From Squalus acanthias (lineage: Eukaryota): 64,000 nt of DNA. Location: NCBI GenBank assembly GCA_030390025.1, contig JASTWF010000367.1, positions 248,001-312,000 of the forward strand, given 5' to 3'. This document shows positions 49,610-60,800 of this stretch, in pieces; position 1 is the first letter of the stretch, and every line of letters starts with the position of its first letter. Under the pieces are notes generated by a model that saw only the letters and a program-made list of their open reading frames with translations, was not told the DNA's origin and searched no databases. The position numbers and the translations under genes were made by a program.

Positions 49610-51410
49610 TACATAGAATCTACAGCTCAGAAACAGGCCATTCGGCCCCACTGATTCAGGCCACTGTTTATGATCCAGACGAGCCTCCTCCCGCCCTACT
49701 TCATGTAAATCTATCAGCGTATCATTTTTTTCCCTTTTTCCCTCATGTACTTATCTAGCTTCCCCTTAAATGTATCTGAGCTATTGGCTTCAAATCTTCC
49801 TTATAAGAACATAAGAACATAAAAAATAAGAGCAGGAGTAGGCCACGAGTTCCCTCGAGCCTGCTCCACCATTCAATAAGATCATGGCTGATCATCGACA
49901 TCAACTTCACTTTCCTGCCCGATCTCCATATCCCTTGATACCGCTAGAGTCCAAAAATCAATCTATCTCAGCCTTGCATATACTCAAAGACTCAGCATTC
50001 ACAGCCATCTCGGTAGAGAATTCCAAAGATTCACAACCGTCTAAATATAGAAATTTCTCCTCATCCCAGTCTTAAATGGAATACCTTTTATCCTGAGACT
50101 GTGCCCCCCAGTTCTAGCCATTCCAGACAAGGGAAACAACCTCTCAGCATCTACCCTGTCAATCCCCTTCAGAATCTTTTATGTTTCAAAGACATCACGT
50201 CTCATTCTTCTAAACTCCAGAGAGTATCGGCCCAGTCTACACATACACTCATCAAAGGACAGCCCTCTCATCCTAGGAATCAAGCTAGTGAATGTTCGTT
50301 GCACCGCCTCCAAGGCAAGTATACCCTTCCTTAGAAAAGGAGATAAAAACTGTGCACAGTTCTCCAGGTGTGGACTGACCAATGCCCTGTAAAATTGCAG
50401 CAAGACTTCGTTACTATTATATTCCAACCCCCTTGCAATAAATGGCAACTTGCCATTTGCCTTCCTTATTGCGTGCTGTACCTGCATGCTAGCTTTCTGT
50501 ATTTCTTGCACGAGGGCACCCAAATCTCTCTGAACACCAACAATTAAAGTTTCTTTCTATTTTAAAAAAATGTTCTGTTTTTCTATCCTTCCTACCAAAG
50601 TGAATAACCTCACATTATACTTTATCTGCCACATTACTGCCCACTCACGTAGTCTATCTATATCCGTTTGCAGACTCTTTGTTTTCTAATGACAGCTTAC
50701 TGTCCTACCTAGCTTTGTATCATCAGCAAATTTGAATACATTACACTCCGTCCCTTCATCTAGTTCATTAATATAGATTGTAAATAGCTGAGGCCCCAAC
50801 ACTGATCCTTGCGGCACCCGTTTAGTTACAGCCTGCCAACCTGAAAAATATCTGTTTATCCCTACACCCTGTTTTCTGTCCTTTATCCAATACTCTATTC
50901 ATGCTACTATTTTACCCCCAACCCCATGAGCCCTAGTCTTTTTCTGGCTCCTTATCGAATCACTTTCATCCAAATATACTACATCCACTGGTTTTGCTTT
51001 ATCTACCTGCTTCTTACAGCCTCAAAACAAACTAATAAATTTGTCAAACGCAATTGCCCTTTCATAAAACCATGTTGACTCTGCCTATAGTAGCGGCTTC
51101 CACATGCTCACAACTATCTGAGTAAATAAGTTTCTCCTGAATTCCCTGTTGGATTTATTAGTGTAGATCCAAATGCGGTCCCTAGCTTCGGATACTCCAG
51201 CAAGTGGAAACATCTTCTCTACATCTCCCCTATCAAAGACCTTCATAAGTTTAAAGACCTCTATCTGGTCACCCATCAGCCTTCTCTTTTCTAGTGAAAA
51301 AAGCCACAGCCTGTTCAATTTTTCCTCATAGTTATAACATCTCAGTTCTGGTATAAATCTTGTAACTATTTGTTGAAACTTTTCCAGTGAATCTCTATCC
51401 TGTTTCTAAT
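49610..51410 (-). mobile_element. Two nested CR1 3' fragments (inner about 49803-51085 inside outer 49610-49802 plus 51086-51410)
   Basis: Inner has a tandem-repeat tail (ATAAGAAC on +) and ORF 50179-50523. Outer 3' UTR and ORF 51085-51318 are contiguous once the inner is removed. Confidence 0.8.
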
Positions 51411-53943
51411 GTGTCTATCTCACTGGGCCACCCCACCTTGCTCAAATTATTTTCCCTTATCTAAATGTGCTAAAAATGAAAGGAAACCATTCCATGTGCT
51501 TTCCTCTTTGGATAACTCCCGGTGTCCTTGCAGATTCCTACAATGATAGTCCCTTTCATCCCAGACTCTCTCCTCTCCTCATTGCTCCTTCAGCAGCAGG
51601 CGGTTCTGACTTGATGCTGTCCAGCACGTTTCTTGTGGGACTGAGGCGGCACTACCTTAGATTTGGTGTTGGGTTGTTTCCCCTTTCAGGAGAAAGTGCA
51701 GAGAGTGAATCCGCTCCACTTGGCTTTATCTGGAATGTAACTCAGCTGCCAGAAAGCGGCCCTTAATGTGGGTGATAACAGGGGCAGAAAACAGATAATA
51801 AGCGTCATGTGATTCTTCCACTGGTTTACGACATGTCGGTCTGATTGAAGGAAGGCCTTTCAGGAAAGGATTGTGTGGGGTGAAGGATATTGAGGCCCCT
51901 CCTGCACTTTGCTATCCAGCTGTCTGGTGATTGGCAAAGTTGAACATGATTATTATAGCGCACTTTTGCATGGGGCACTGACTCATGTTACCTGGGCTGC
52001 TCCGGAGAGTTCACCGATCATCACCTGCCTTTCAGTAGCCATTGGATTGTAAGATTAGTAGTTGAGAGCCTTTCTTTGGTCCACTCACCACATCCTCCCA
52101 GCCAGACGGCCGCCCACTCAATACACATTTAATTTTATTGTTTGGATTGCCGGAAACCTCACGGTGCTTTGCTCTGAGTGTTATGGTCCACCGGCAGTGG
52201 ACTGGGTTCTAGTGACTGAATTGGGCCAGCTTCCTCACTACATGTGATTGACCAATAAACGGGGTTTTCTGTTTTCTAACCACCAGGTGCGGTTTCAGTG
52301 TAAACTCTTTCTTTTCCTCTGGCAGCTGAAGGGCAAGCGCTCTTTATATGGAACACTCGGATATTCAGCATAACACCGCGAGCTGGAGCTGGCACCATCC
52401 AAAGGGGGAGTGTTCTCCACATCGGGATCCTTCCCATCACGCTCCCGTTTATGGTCAGGGCTATCGTTGCTCAGTTGGTCAATCAGGGGTTTATTCTCCC
52501 TCAGCTAGTAGATAATCTGGACAGTGGGACATTAAAGTGAGGCGTCACCGTCCCCACTCTCGTTTTTACCATTACAGCAACCCCTTCGGAGCCAATACTT
52601 TCCATCATCTGTACAGGGCAAATCGAGTCCGGCCTGACATGGTGAAGTCTGTAGGTAGCAATTGAGGGACCATTAATTGAGAACAGTCACTAAGCTGTGA
52701 CACTCTCTGCCCCAGTGCTGATTGCAGATGAATGCTTTGTGAATCGGGGTCAGATTCCTTTCCTGCGCTGAACCAGGATATTGTGATGATCAGCGGTTCA
52801 GTCCCACTGATGGAATCAGTACAACCCAACCCCACGGATCATTGTAAATGGACCGAACCACCTAGATACATGTGAGTGACGGGATTGGCCAGGATGGATT
52901 GGTTATGACAACAGATTCATCTCCACAGCCCAACTCCACTGATCATTGTAAATGGACAGAACAATCTAGATATGTGTGGGTGACGGGACTGGCCAGGATG
53001 GACTGCTCATTACAACAAGAACTACGTTCATTTGTGTAGTGCATTTAACTTCTTAAAATGCCCCAAGGCACGTCACATGAGCGTAATCATGCAAAATATG
53101 ATAGCGAACAAAAGAAGGAGCCATGAGGACAGGTGACCAAAAGCGGGATCAGAGGTAGGTTCAAAGGAGAGTCTTAAAGGAGAGAAATGGAGAGGCTTAG
53201 GGAGGGGATTCCAGAGTTTTGGGTCTAGACAGCTACAGGCACGGCCTCCAATGATGGGTGGATTGAAGTGGAGGATACACAAGAGGCCAGAGAATGAACA
53301 ATGGGAGAATCGTAGGTGGATCGTAGGGCTGGAGGAGGTTACACAGATAGGGAGAGGCGAGGCAATGGAGGGATTTGAACAGGAGATTGAGAATTTTGAA
53401 ATCGAGCCGTTGTTGGAACAGGATCCAATGTAGTTCACCGAACAGAGGGTGATCTGTGAATGGGACTTGGTGCGAGTTCGGTTCTGGGCAGCAGAGTTTC
53501 GGGTGAGCTTCACAGTTTATGGAGGGTGGAAGATGGGAGTCGGGACAGGATAGCATTGGATAAACCAGGTCTGGAGGCGGCAAAGCCTGGAGGGGTTTAG
53601 CGGCAGAAGGGGCGGAGCTGGGTGACGTTACACGGTCTTTGTGATGGAGACGATCTGGGGTCAGAAGGTCAGCTCATGTCAAATGGGAGACCGAGGATGT
53701 GAACAGTCTGTTTCAGCCTGAGACACTGGCCAGGGAGGGAGATGGAACCGATGGCTAGAAATGGGAATTTGTCGCTGGGACCAACGACAATGGGATCAGT
53801 CTGCACACTCTTTAATTAAATGAAATGTTCACTCATCCAGGACCGCATGTCAGTCAATACTTTGAAATCCCAGAATCAGTGGAGGTGTGGATAGAGCTGT
53901 TACTGAGGTGCAGAGATGCTTCGTCAGTGTATATATGGATGAT

Positions 53944-54602
53944 TGAAATAACAACAGAAAGCGCTGGAAAAACGCAGCAGGCCAGGCAACATCCGTGGAG
54001 AGAAACAGAGTTAACGTTTCAGGTCGAAGACCCTTCGTCAGAACTGAGAAAAAAGCAGCAAATGAAACAGATGAAAAAGCAAGTTTGGAGGCTGTGGGAA
54101 GGAATAAAAGAACAAAAGGGAAGGTCTGTGAAACGTAGAGACATTTTGAGATACACAAGGCAAGACGAGATGGTAATAGGACAGGTTAAGAAACAAAAGA
54201 TGGCTCAGAAGTGTGAAATGCGCTGGCAGAATGAAAGACAGCTGCCATGAGGGAGAGAGAGAAAAAAAAGGGAAAAGGCACAAACCAAAAGGGGGGATAA
54301 AAATGGTAGGGGCCGAGGTTATGATCTGAAATTGTTGAACTCGATATTGGGTCCTGAAGGCTGTAAAGTGCCTAATCGGAAGATGAGGTGCTGTTCCTCG
54401 AGCTTCCGCTGAGCTTCCGTGGAACAATGCAAAAGGCCGAGGACAGTGAGGTCTGAGTGAGCGTGGAGCGGTGTGTTAAAATGACAGGCGACCGGAAGCT
54501 CGGAGTCACCCTTACGGACTGAACAGAGGTGTTTGGTCTCCTGTTGTTATTTCAGCTTTCTGTTGTTATTTCAGTTTTCCAGCATCCGCAGTATTTTGCT
54601 AT
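53944..54602 (-). mobile_element. Penelope-like 3' fragment with inverted terminal tail and 16-bp TSD
   Basis: Homologous to the 3' part of 4580-6847. TGTATATATGGATGAT at 53928-53943 and 54603-54618. Confidence 0.85.
54009..54045 (-). ncRNA. Minimal hammerhead ribozyme motif
   Basis: Minus strand agtt-CTGACGA-a-gggtc-ttc-gacct-GAAA-cgt-t-aact. Differs from 6734-6770 only in the stem II loop. Confidence 0.7.
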
Positions 54603-55284
54603 TGTATATATGGATGATGTCGCTAAGGTGCAGAATATTGATAGGAGGGCGATATAATATAACCTTCGGGGACACCAGAGGTAACGGTGCGAAAGCTCGA
54701 ATATAAGGCATTGCAGGATATTCTTTGGCTTTGACTGCATAGGGAGCAGTGGAACCAGGTGACGGCAGTTCACTCAGCTGGAACATGGAGGAGTGGCGTT
54801 GGAGAAGGATGATGTCGTCAACCGTGTCAAAGCCGGGAAGAATGAGAATGGAAAATGCACCAGGGTGACAGTCCCATAAGAATATCATTTGGGACTTCAA
54901 TAAGGACGGTTTCAATGCAGTGACAAGGGCAGAAACCTGACAGGAAAAATTCAAACATGGAGCTGCCAGAAAGATCTGGGAGCCGACTATAACATCAAGG
55001 CGAACAATAAGAGGATAGAGATGGGGCGGTTGTTTGCAAAGACAGAGGGTCAATTGTGGATTTGTTGGGTCGTGGCGATGACGGCAGATTTGAAAGGGTG
55101 CGGAAAGTGCTTGAGCTGACGGAACCGTTCATAACATCAGCTAGCATGAGGAAAAGAAAGGGTAGCTGCGTGATCTGCAGTTTAGAGGGAATAGGGTCGG
55201 GAGAGCGCGTGGTGGGGCTCGTGGACAAAATGAGCTCGGAGAGGACACAACGGGAAATAGGGAACAAAAGTGAATTCCCGATAA

Positions 55285-56255
55285 TACAGTAACTCTTTAA
55301 TTCCAAATACAGAGCAGGCGAATTTAGAGGAATACGCCAACTGTTAATTAGAAGTAGAATAAAGGTGACTTTAGTGGAAAACAGTCATTGTTATATTACA
55401 AATAAAGTACAGTGAAACTTAGGAGAATACAGTAACTGTTTAAATATAAATGGGAAATAGGGGATATAGGGGAACACAAGACTGTTTAATTATAAATGAG
55501 GAATGGTGGATATAGGGGAACACAGTAACTGTTTAACTATAAATGAGGAATATGGGGATGTAGGTGAACAAAGTAACTGTTTATCTATTAATGTGGAACA
55601 GTAACTGTTTAATTATAAATGGGGATGGGAATATAGGGGAGCACAGTAACTGTTTAATTAGCATTGGGGAATAGGGGGATATAGGTGAACAAAGTAACTG
55701 TTTATCTATAAATGTGGAACGGTGGATATAGGGGAACTTAGTATCTGTTTAATTATAAACGGGGAATAGGGGGATTTAGGTGAACACAGTAACTGTTTAA
55801 TTAGAATAAGAATAAAGTTGAATGTAACGGAATACAGTAACTCTTTAATTAGGAATACAATAAAGTTGAATGTAGTGGAGCACAGTAACCGTATAATTAT
55901 AAATGGGGAATAGGAGGGTATAGGTGAACATAGGTGAACATAGTAAATGTTTAATAAAAAATGGGGAACACGGGGATTAGGAACAGAGAACGGGGATACT
56001 CAGGGAAATAAAATATCTATTTTATTATAAATAGAGAACAGGAAATTTAGGAGAACACGGTACCGGCTGAATTAGAAATTGGCCTCGTGGAACATAATAG
56101 CCATGTATATAGATGGAGGACACAGGGGAACACAGTTAATTTTTAATAACAAATAGAATGCACGGAATGTCATGGAACCACAGTATCTGTTTCATTAGAA
56201 ACAGAGAAACCCAAGGGAACACAACAACTATTTAATTAGAAACAGGGACAGGAGA
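55285..56255. repeat. Degenerate AT/purine-rich satellite, unit about 48 bp (..GGGAACACAGTAACTGTTTAATTATAAATGGGGAATAG..)
   Basis: Recurrent CAGTAACTGTTTAATT motif at about 48-bp spacing (e.g. 55525, 55573). Confidence 0.85.
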
Positions 56256-56260
56256 ATCAC

Positions 56261-56584
56261 AAAAGAAGCAGCGACCAGGTAGGCCCACAGAGGCGGCGGA
56301 CCTGGCTGGAGCGACAGCGGCGAGGCGGCGGCTGTAAAAGAAGCGGCGACCAGGTAGGCCCACAGAGGCGGCGGACCTGGGTGGAGCGACAGCGGCGAGG
56401 CGGCGGCTGTAAAAGAAGCGGCGACCAGGTAGGCCCACAGAGGCGGCGGACCTGGGTGGAGCGACAGCGGCGAGGCGGCGGCTGTAAAAGAAGCGGCGAC
56501 CAGCTAGGCCCACACAGGCGGCGGACCTGGGTGGAGCGACAGCGGCGAGGCGGCGGCTGTAAAAGAAGCGGCGACCAGGTAGGC
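56261..56584 (+). repeat. 75-bp CpG-rich tandem monomers (4.3 copies) at the CR1 5' end
   Basis: Unit starts at 56261, 56336, 56411, 56486 and 56561. Confidence 0.95.
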
Positions 56585-56855
56585 TTAACAATCTGAGCCA
56601 CGAGAGCGGGAGAGAGAGAAGTAGAAAATAATCAAACTGTGACGTCACCAGAAAGCAGGTAAGTGATTGGTTGGTGAGTATTTCTCTTTTTCTCCTTTTT
56701 TCCATACTTAAATTCTGTGCTTTATAGTTTCTAGCGTCTTTGTGGTGTAGCGGGGACTGCTGTTAAGCAAGGGCCCTTGAGTATATCATTTAATTGAAGT
56801 GAAATTGGTGGGATTCAATTAGTTTAATTTTAATTAATTAATTAAAGGGTAAGTC

Positions 56856-57806
56856 ATGGCAGCACAGCTCGGCACCGTGATATGCTCCTCCTGCAATATG
56901 TGGGAAATCAGGGACACTTCCTGTGTCCCTGACGACCATGTGTGTGGGAAATGTATCCAGCTGCAGCTACTGACGGACCGCATTGCGGCGCTGGAGCTGC
57001 GGATGGATGCATATTGGAGCATTCGCGACGCTGAGAACGTCGTGAATAACACGTTTAGCAAGTTGGTCACACCGCAGGTAAAGGGTGTACAGGCAGGAAG
57101 TGAATGGGTGACCACCAGGCAGAGTAAGAGGTGCAGGCAGTTAGTGCAGGGGTCCCCTGTGGCCATCCCCCTCTCAAACAGATATACCACTTTGGATGCT
57201 GTTGGGGGGGATGACTTATCAGGGGAAGGCGGCAGCAGCCAACTTCCTGGCACCATGGGTGGCTCTGCTGCACAGGCTGGGAGGAAAAAGTGTGGAAGAG
57301 CTATAGTGATAGGGGATTCAATTGTAAGGGGAATAGTTAGGTGTTTCTGTGGCCGCAATCGAGACTCCAGGATGGTGTGTACCCTCCCTGGTGCAAGGGT
57401 CAAGGACGTCTCGGAGCGGCTACAGAACACTTTGGAGGGGGAGGGCGAACAGCCAGTTGTCGTGGTGCACATAGGCATCAACGATATAGGTAAAAAACGG
57501 GATGAGGTCCTAAAAGCAGAATATAGGGAGTTAGGAGGTAAATTAAAAAAGAGGACCTCAAAGGTAGTAATCTCAGGATTGCTACCAGTGCCACTTGCTA
57601 GTCAGAGTAGAAATAGGAGGATATTTCAAATGAATACGTGGCTAGAGGAATGGTGCAAGGGGGAGGGATTCAAATTCCTTGGACATTGCAACCGGTTCTG
57701 GGGGAGGTGGGACCAGTACAAACGGGACGGTCTGCACCTGGGCAGGGCCGGGACCGATGTCCTAGGGGGAGTGTTTGCTAGTGCTGTTGGGGAGGGTTTA
57801 ATCTAA
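56856..57806 (+). CDS. CR1 ORF1 protein (CxxC..CxxC zinc finger, coiled coil, SGNH/GDSL esterase), 316 aa
   Basis: CSSC..CGKC, LQLLTDRIAALELRMD, VIGDSIVR, HIGIND, DGLHL. Uninterrupted ATG to stop. Confidence 0.9.
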   Translation: MAAQLGTVICSSCNMWEIRDTSCVPDDHVCGKCIQLQLLTDRIAALELRMDAYWSIRDAENVVNNTFSKLVTPQVKGVQAGSEWVTTRQSKRCRQLVQGSPVAIPLSNRYTTLDAVGGDDLSGEGGSSQLPGTMGGSAAQAGRKKCGRAIVIGDSIVRGIVRCFCGRNRDSRMVCTLPGARVKDVSERLQNTLEGEGEQPVVVVHIGINDIGKKRDEVLKAEYRELGGKLKKRTSKVVISGLLPVPLASQSRNRRIFQMNTWLEEWCKGEGFKFLGHCNRFWGRWDQYKRDGLHLGRAGTDVLGGVFASAVGEGLI

Positions 57807-60800
57807 AGTGGCAGGGGATTGGGAACCTGAGCAGGGAGACAGAGGAAAGGGAAATAAGGATAAAAGCTAAAGACAGGAAGGAGAAAAACAAAAGTAGAAG
57901 GCAAAGAACTCAACGGTTTAAATGAAACATGGTCACAGTAAATAATAATTCGTATAGGTCTGAGAGCGTTAAAAAAACAAGCCTGAAGGCTTTGTGTCTT
58001 AATGCAAGGAGCATTCGGAACGAGGTGGAAGAATTAGCTGCGCAAATAGAGGTAAATGAATAAGATTTGATTGGGATTACAGAAACATGGCTCCAGGGTG
58101 GCCAAGACTGGGAACTCAACATCCAGGGTTATTCAATATTTAGGAAAGATAGGCAATAAAGAAAGGGAGGTGGGGTAGCATTGCTGGTTAAAGAGGGGAT
58201 TAACACAATTGAAAGGAAGGATATTAGCTCTGATGATGCGGAATCTGTATGGGTAGAACTGAGAAATAACAAGGGGCAGAAAACGTTAGTGGGAGTGCTA
58301 TATAGACCTCCAAACAGTAATACGGAGGTTGGGGCTGGCATTAAAAGGGAAATTAGAGAAGCATGCAGTAAGGGCACAGCAGTCATCATGGGTGACTTTA
58401 ATTTACATATAGATTGGGCTAACCAAATTAGTAAAAATACTGTGGAGGAGGAATTCCTAGAATGTTTACGAGATGGTTTTCTGGAACAATATGTCGAGGA
58501 ACCAACCAGAGATCAGGCCATCTTAGACTGGGTATTATGCAACGAGCAAGGATTAATTAGCAATCTTGTTGTACGAGGCCCCTTGGGTCAGAGTGATCAT
58601 AATATGATAGAATTCTTCATTAGGATGGAGACTGAAGTAGTTGAATCAGAGACTAGGGTCCTGAATTTAAATAAAGGAAACTACGATGGTATGAGGCGTG
58701 AATTGGGTAGGATTGATTGGGGAATGTCACTCAAGGGGTTGACGGTGGATAGGCAATGGCAAACATTCAAAGACTGCATGGATGAACTACAGAATTTGTA
58801 CATCCCAGTGTGGCATAAGAATAAAACAAAAAGGGTGACTCAACCGTGGCTAACAAGGGAAAGTAAGGATAGCATAAGATCCAAGGAGAGGGCATATAAA
58901 TTGGCCAGAAAAAGCGGTAGCCCTGAGGATTGGGAGCAGTTTAGGATTCAACAAAGGAGGACAAAGGGATTAATTAAGAAGGGGAAAATAGAATATGAAA
59001 GTAAGCTTGCTGGGAACATAAAAACGGACTGTAAGAGCTTTTATAGATATGTGAAGAGAAAAAGATTAGTGAAATCAAGTGTAGGTCCCTTGCAGTCAGA
59101 AGCGGGGGAAGTTATAATGGGGAACAAAGAAATGGCAGCCCAATTAAATGCATATTTTGGTTCTGTCTTCACAAAGGAGGACACAAATAACCTCCCAGAG
59201 ATGTTGGAGAACATACGGTCTGATGAAAGGGAGGAACTGAAAGAAATCAGTATTTGCAGGGAAATGGTGTTAGGGAAATTGACGGTATTGAAGGCCGATA
59301 AATCCCCAGGGCCTGATAATCTACATCCTAGGGTACTTAAGGAAGTGGCCCTAGAAATAGTAGATGCATTGCTGATCATCTTCCAACATTCGATGGAATC
59401 TGGAACTGTACCCATGGATTGGAGGGTAGCTAATGTTACCCCACTATTCAAAAAGGGTGGTAGAGAGAAAGCGGGGAATTACAGACCAGTAAGCCTGACA
59501 TCGGTAGTGGGGAAAATGCAAGAATCCATTATAAAGGATGTAATAGCTGAGCATTTGAAAAACAGAGACAGGATCGAACAAAGTCAACATGGATTTACAA
59601 TAGATAAATCGTGCTTGACTAATCTACTGGAGTTTTTTGAGGATGTAACTGGGAAAATAGATAAGGGAGAACCAGTAGATGTGGTGTATTTGGACTTTCA
59701 AAAGGCTTTCGATAAGGTCCCGCATAAGAGATTAGCGGGTAAAGTTAAGGCACATGGGATTGGGGGCAAGGTATTGACTTGGATAGAGAACTGGTTGGCG
59801 GACAGAAAGCAGAGAGTAGGAATTAATGGGTCTTTTTCCGAGTGGCAAGCAGTGACTAGTGGGGTACCGCAGGGATCGGTCCTTGGACCCCAGCTATTCA
59901 CAATATACATTAATGATCTAGATAAGGGAATTAAATGTAATATCTCCAAGTTTGCAGATGACACAAAGCTGGGTGGGAGTGTGTGCAGCGAGGAGAATAG
60001 CGAGTAACTCCAGGATGATCTGGACAGGTTGGGTGAGTGGGCAGAAGCGTGGCAGATGCAATATAACGTGGATAAGTGCGAGGTTATCCACTTTGGTGTC
60101 AAAAACAGAAAGGCAGACTATTATCTGAATGGCAATAGATTGGGAGAAGGGGAAGTGCAACGAGACCTGGGTGGCCTTGTGCACCAGTCGCTGAAAGTAA
60201 GCATGCATTTGCAGCAGGCGGAGAAGAAGGCAAATGGTATGTTGGCCTTCATAGCGAAAGGGTTTGAGTATAGGAACAGGGATGTCCACCTGCAGTTGTA
60301 CAGGGCCTTGGTGAGACCACACCTTGAGTACTGTGTGCAGTTTTGGTCGCCTTATCTGAGGAAGGATGTTCTTGCCATGGAAGGAGTTCAGCGAAGATTC
60401 ACAAGGCTGATACCTGGGATGGCAGGAATAACATATGAGGAGAGATTGGGTCGATTGGGCTTATACTCACTGGAGTATAGAAGAATGAGAGGGGATCTCA
60501 TCGAAACATATAAAATTCTGACAGGTCTGGACCAACTAGATGCAGGAAGAATGTTCCCGATGGTCGGAGAGTCCAGAACCAGGGGTCATAATCTACGGAT
60601 AACGGGTAAACCATTTAGGACAGAAATGAGGAAGAATTTCTTCACCCAGAGAGTGGTGAACCTGTGGAATTCTCTACCACAGAAGGTAGTTGAGGCGAAG
60701 TCATTAAATATATTCAAGGATGAGTTAGATATATTTCTTAAAGCTAAAGGTATCAAGGGATATGAGGAGAAGGCAGGTACAGGGTACTGAGTTTAGATGA

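Larger units (their letters stand above)
53010..55290 (-). mobile_element. L2-type LINE fragment, interrupted by a Penelope-like insertion
   Basis: LHWI.FQQRLDFKIL.LLFKSLH.LASPYLCNLL, FDTVD..ILLQR and DPIPSKL motifs. Confidence 0.8.

Noticed and set aside
56232..56705. Arg/Ala/Pro-rich repeat ORFs on both strands
   Set aside because: By-products of the GC-rich 75-bp monomers (a multiple of 3, stop-free).
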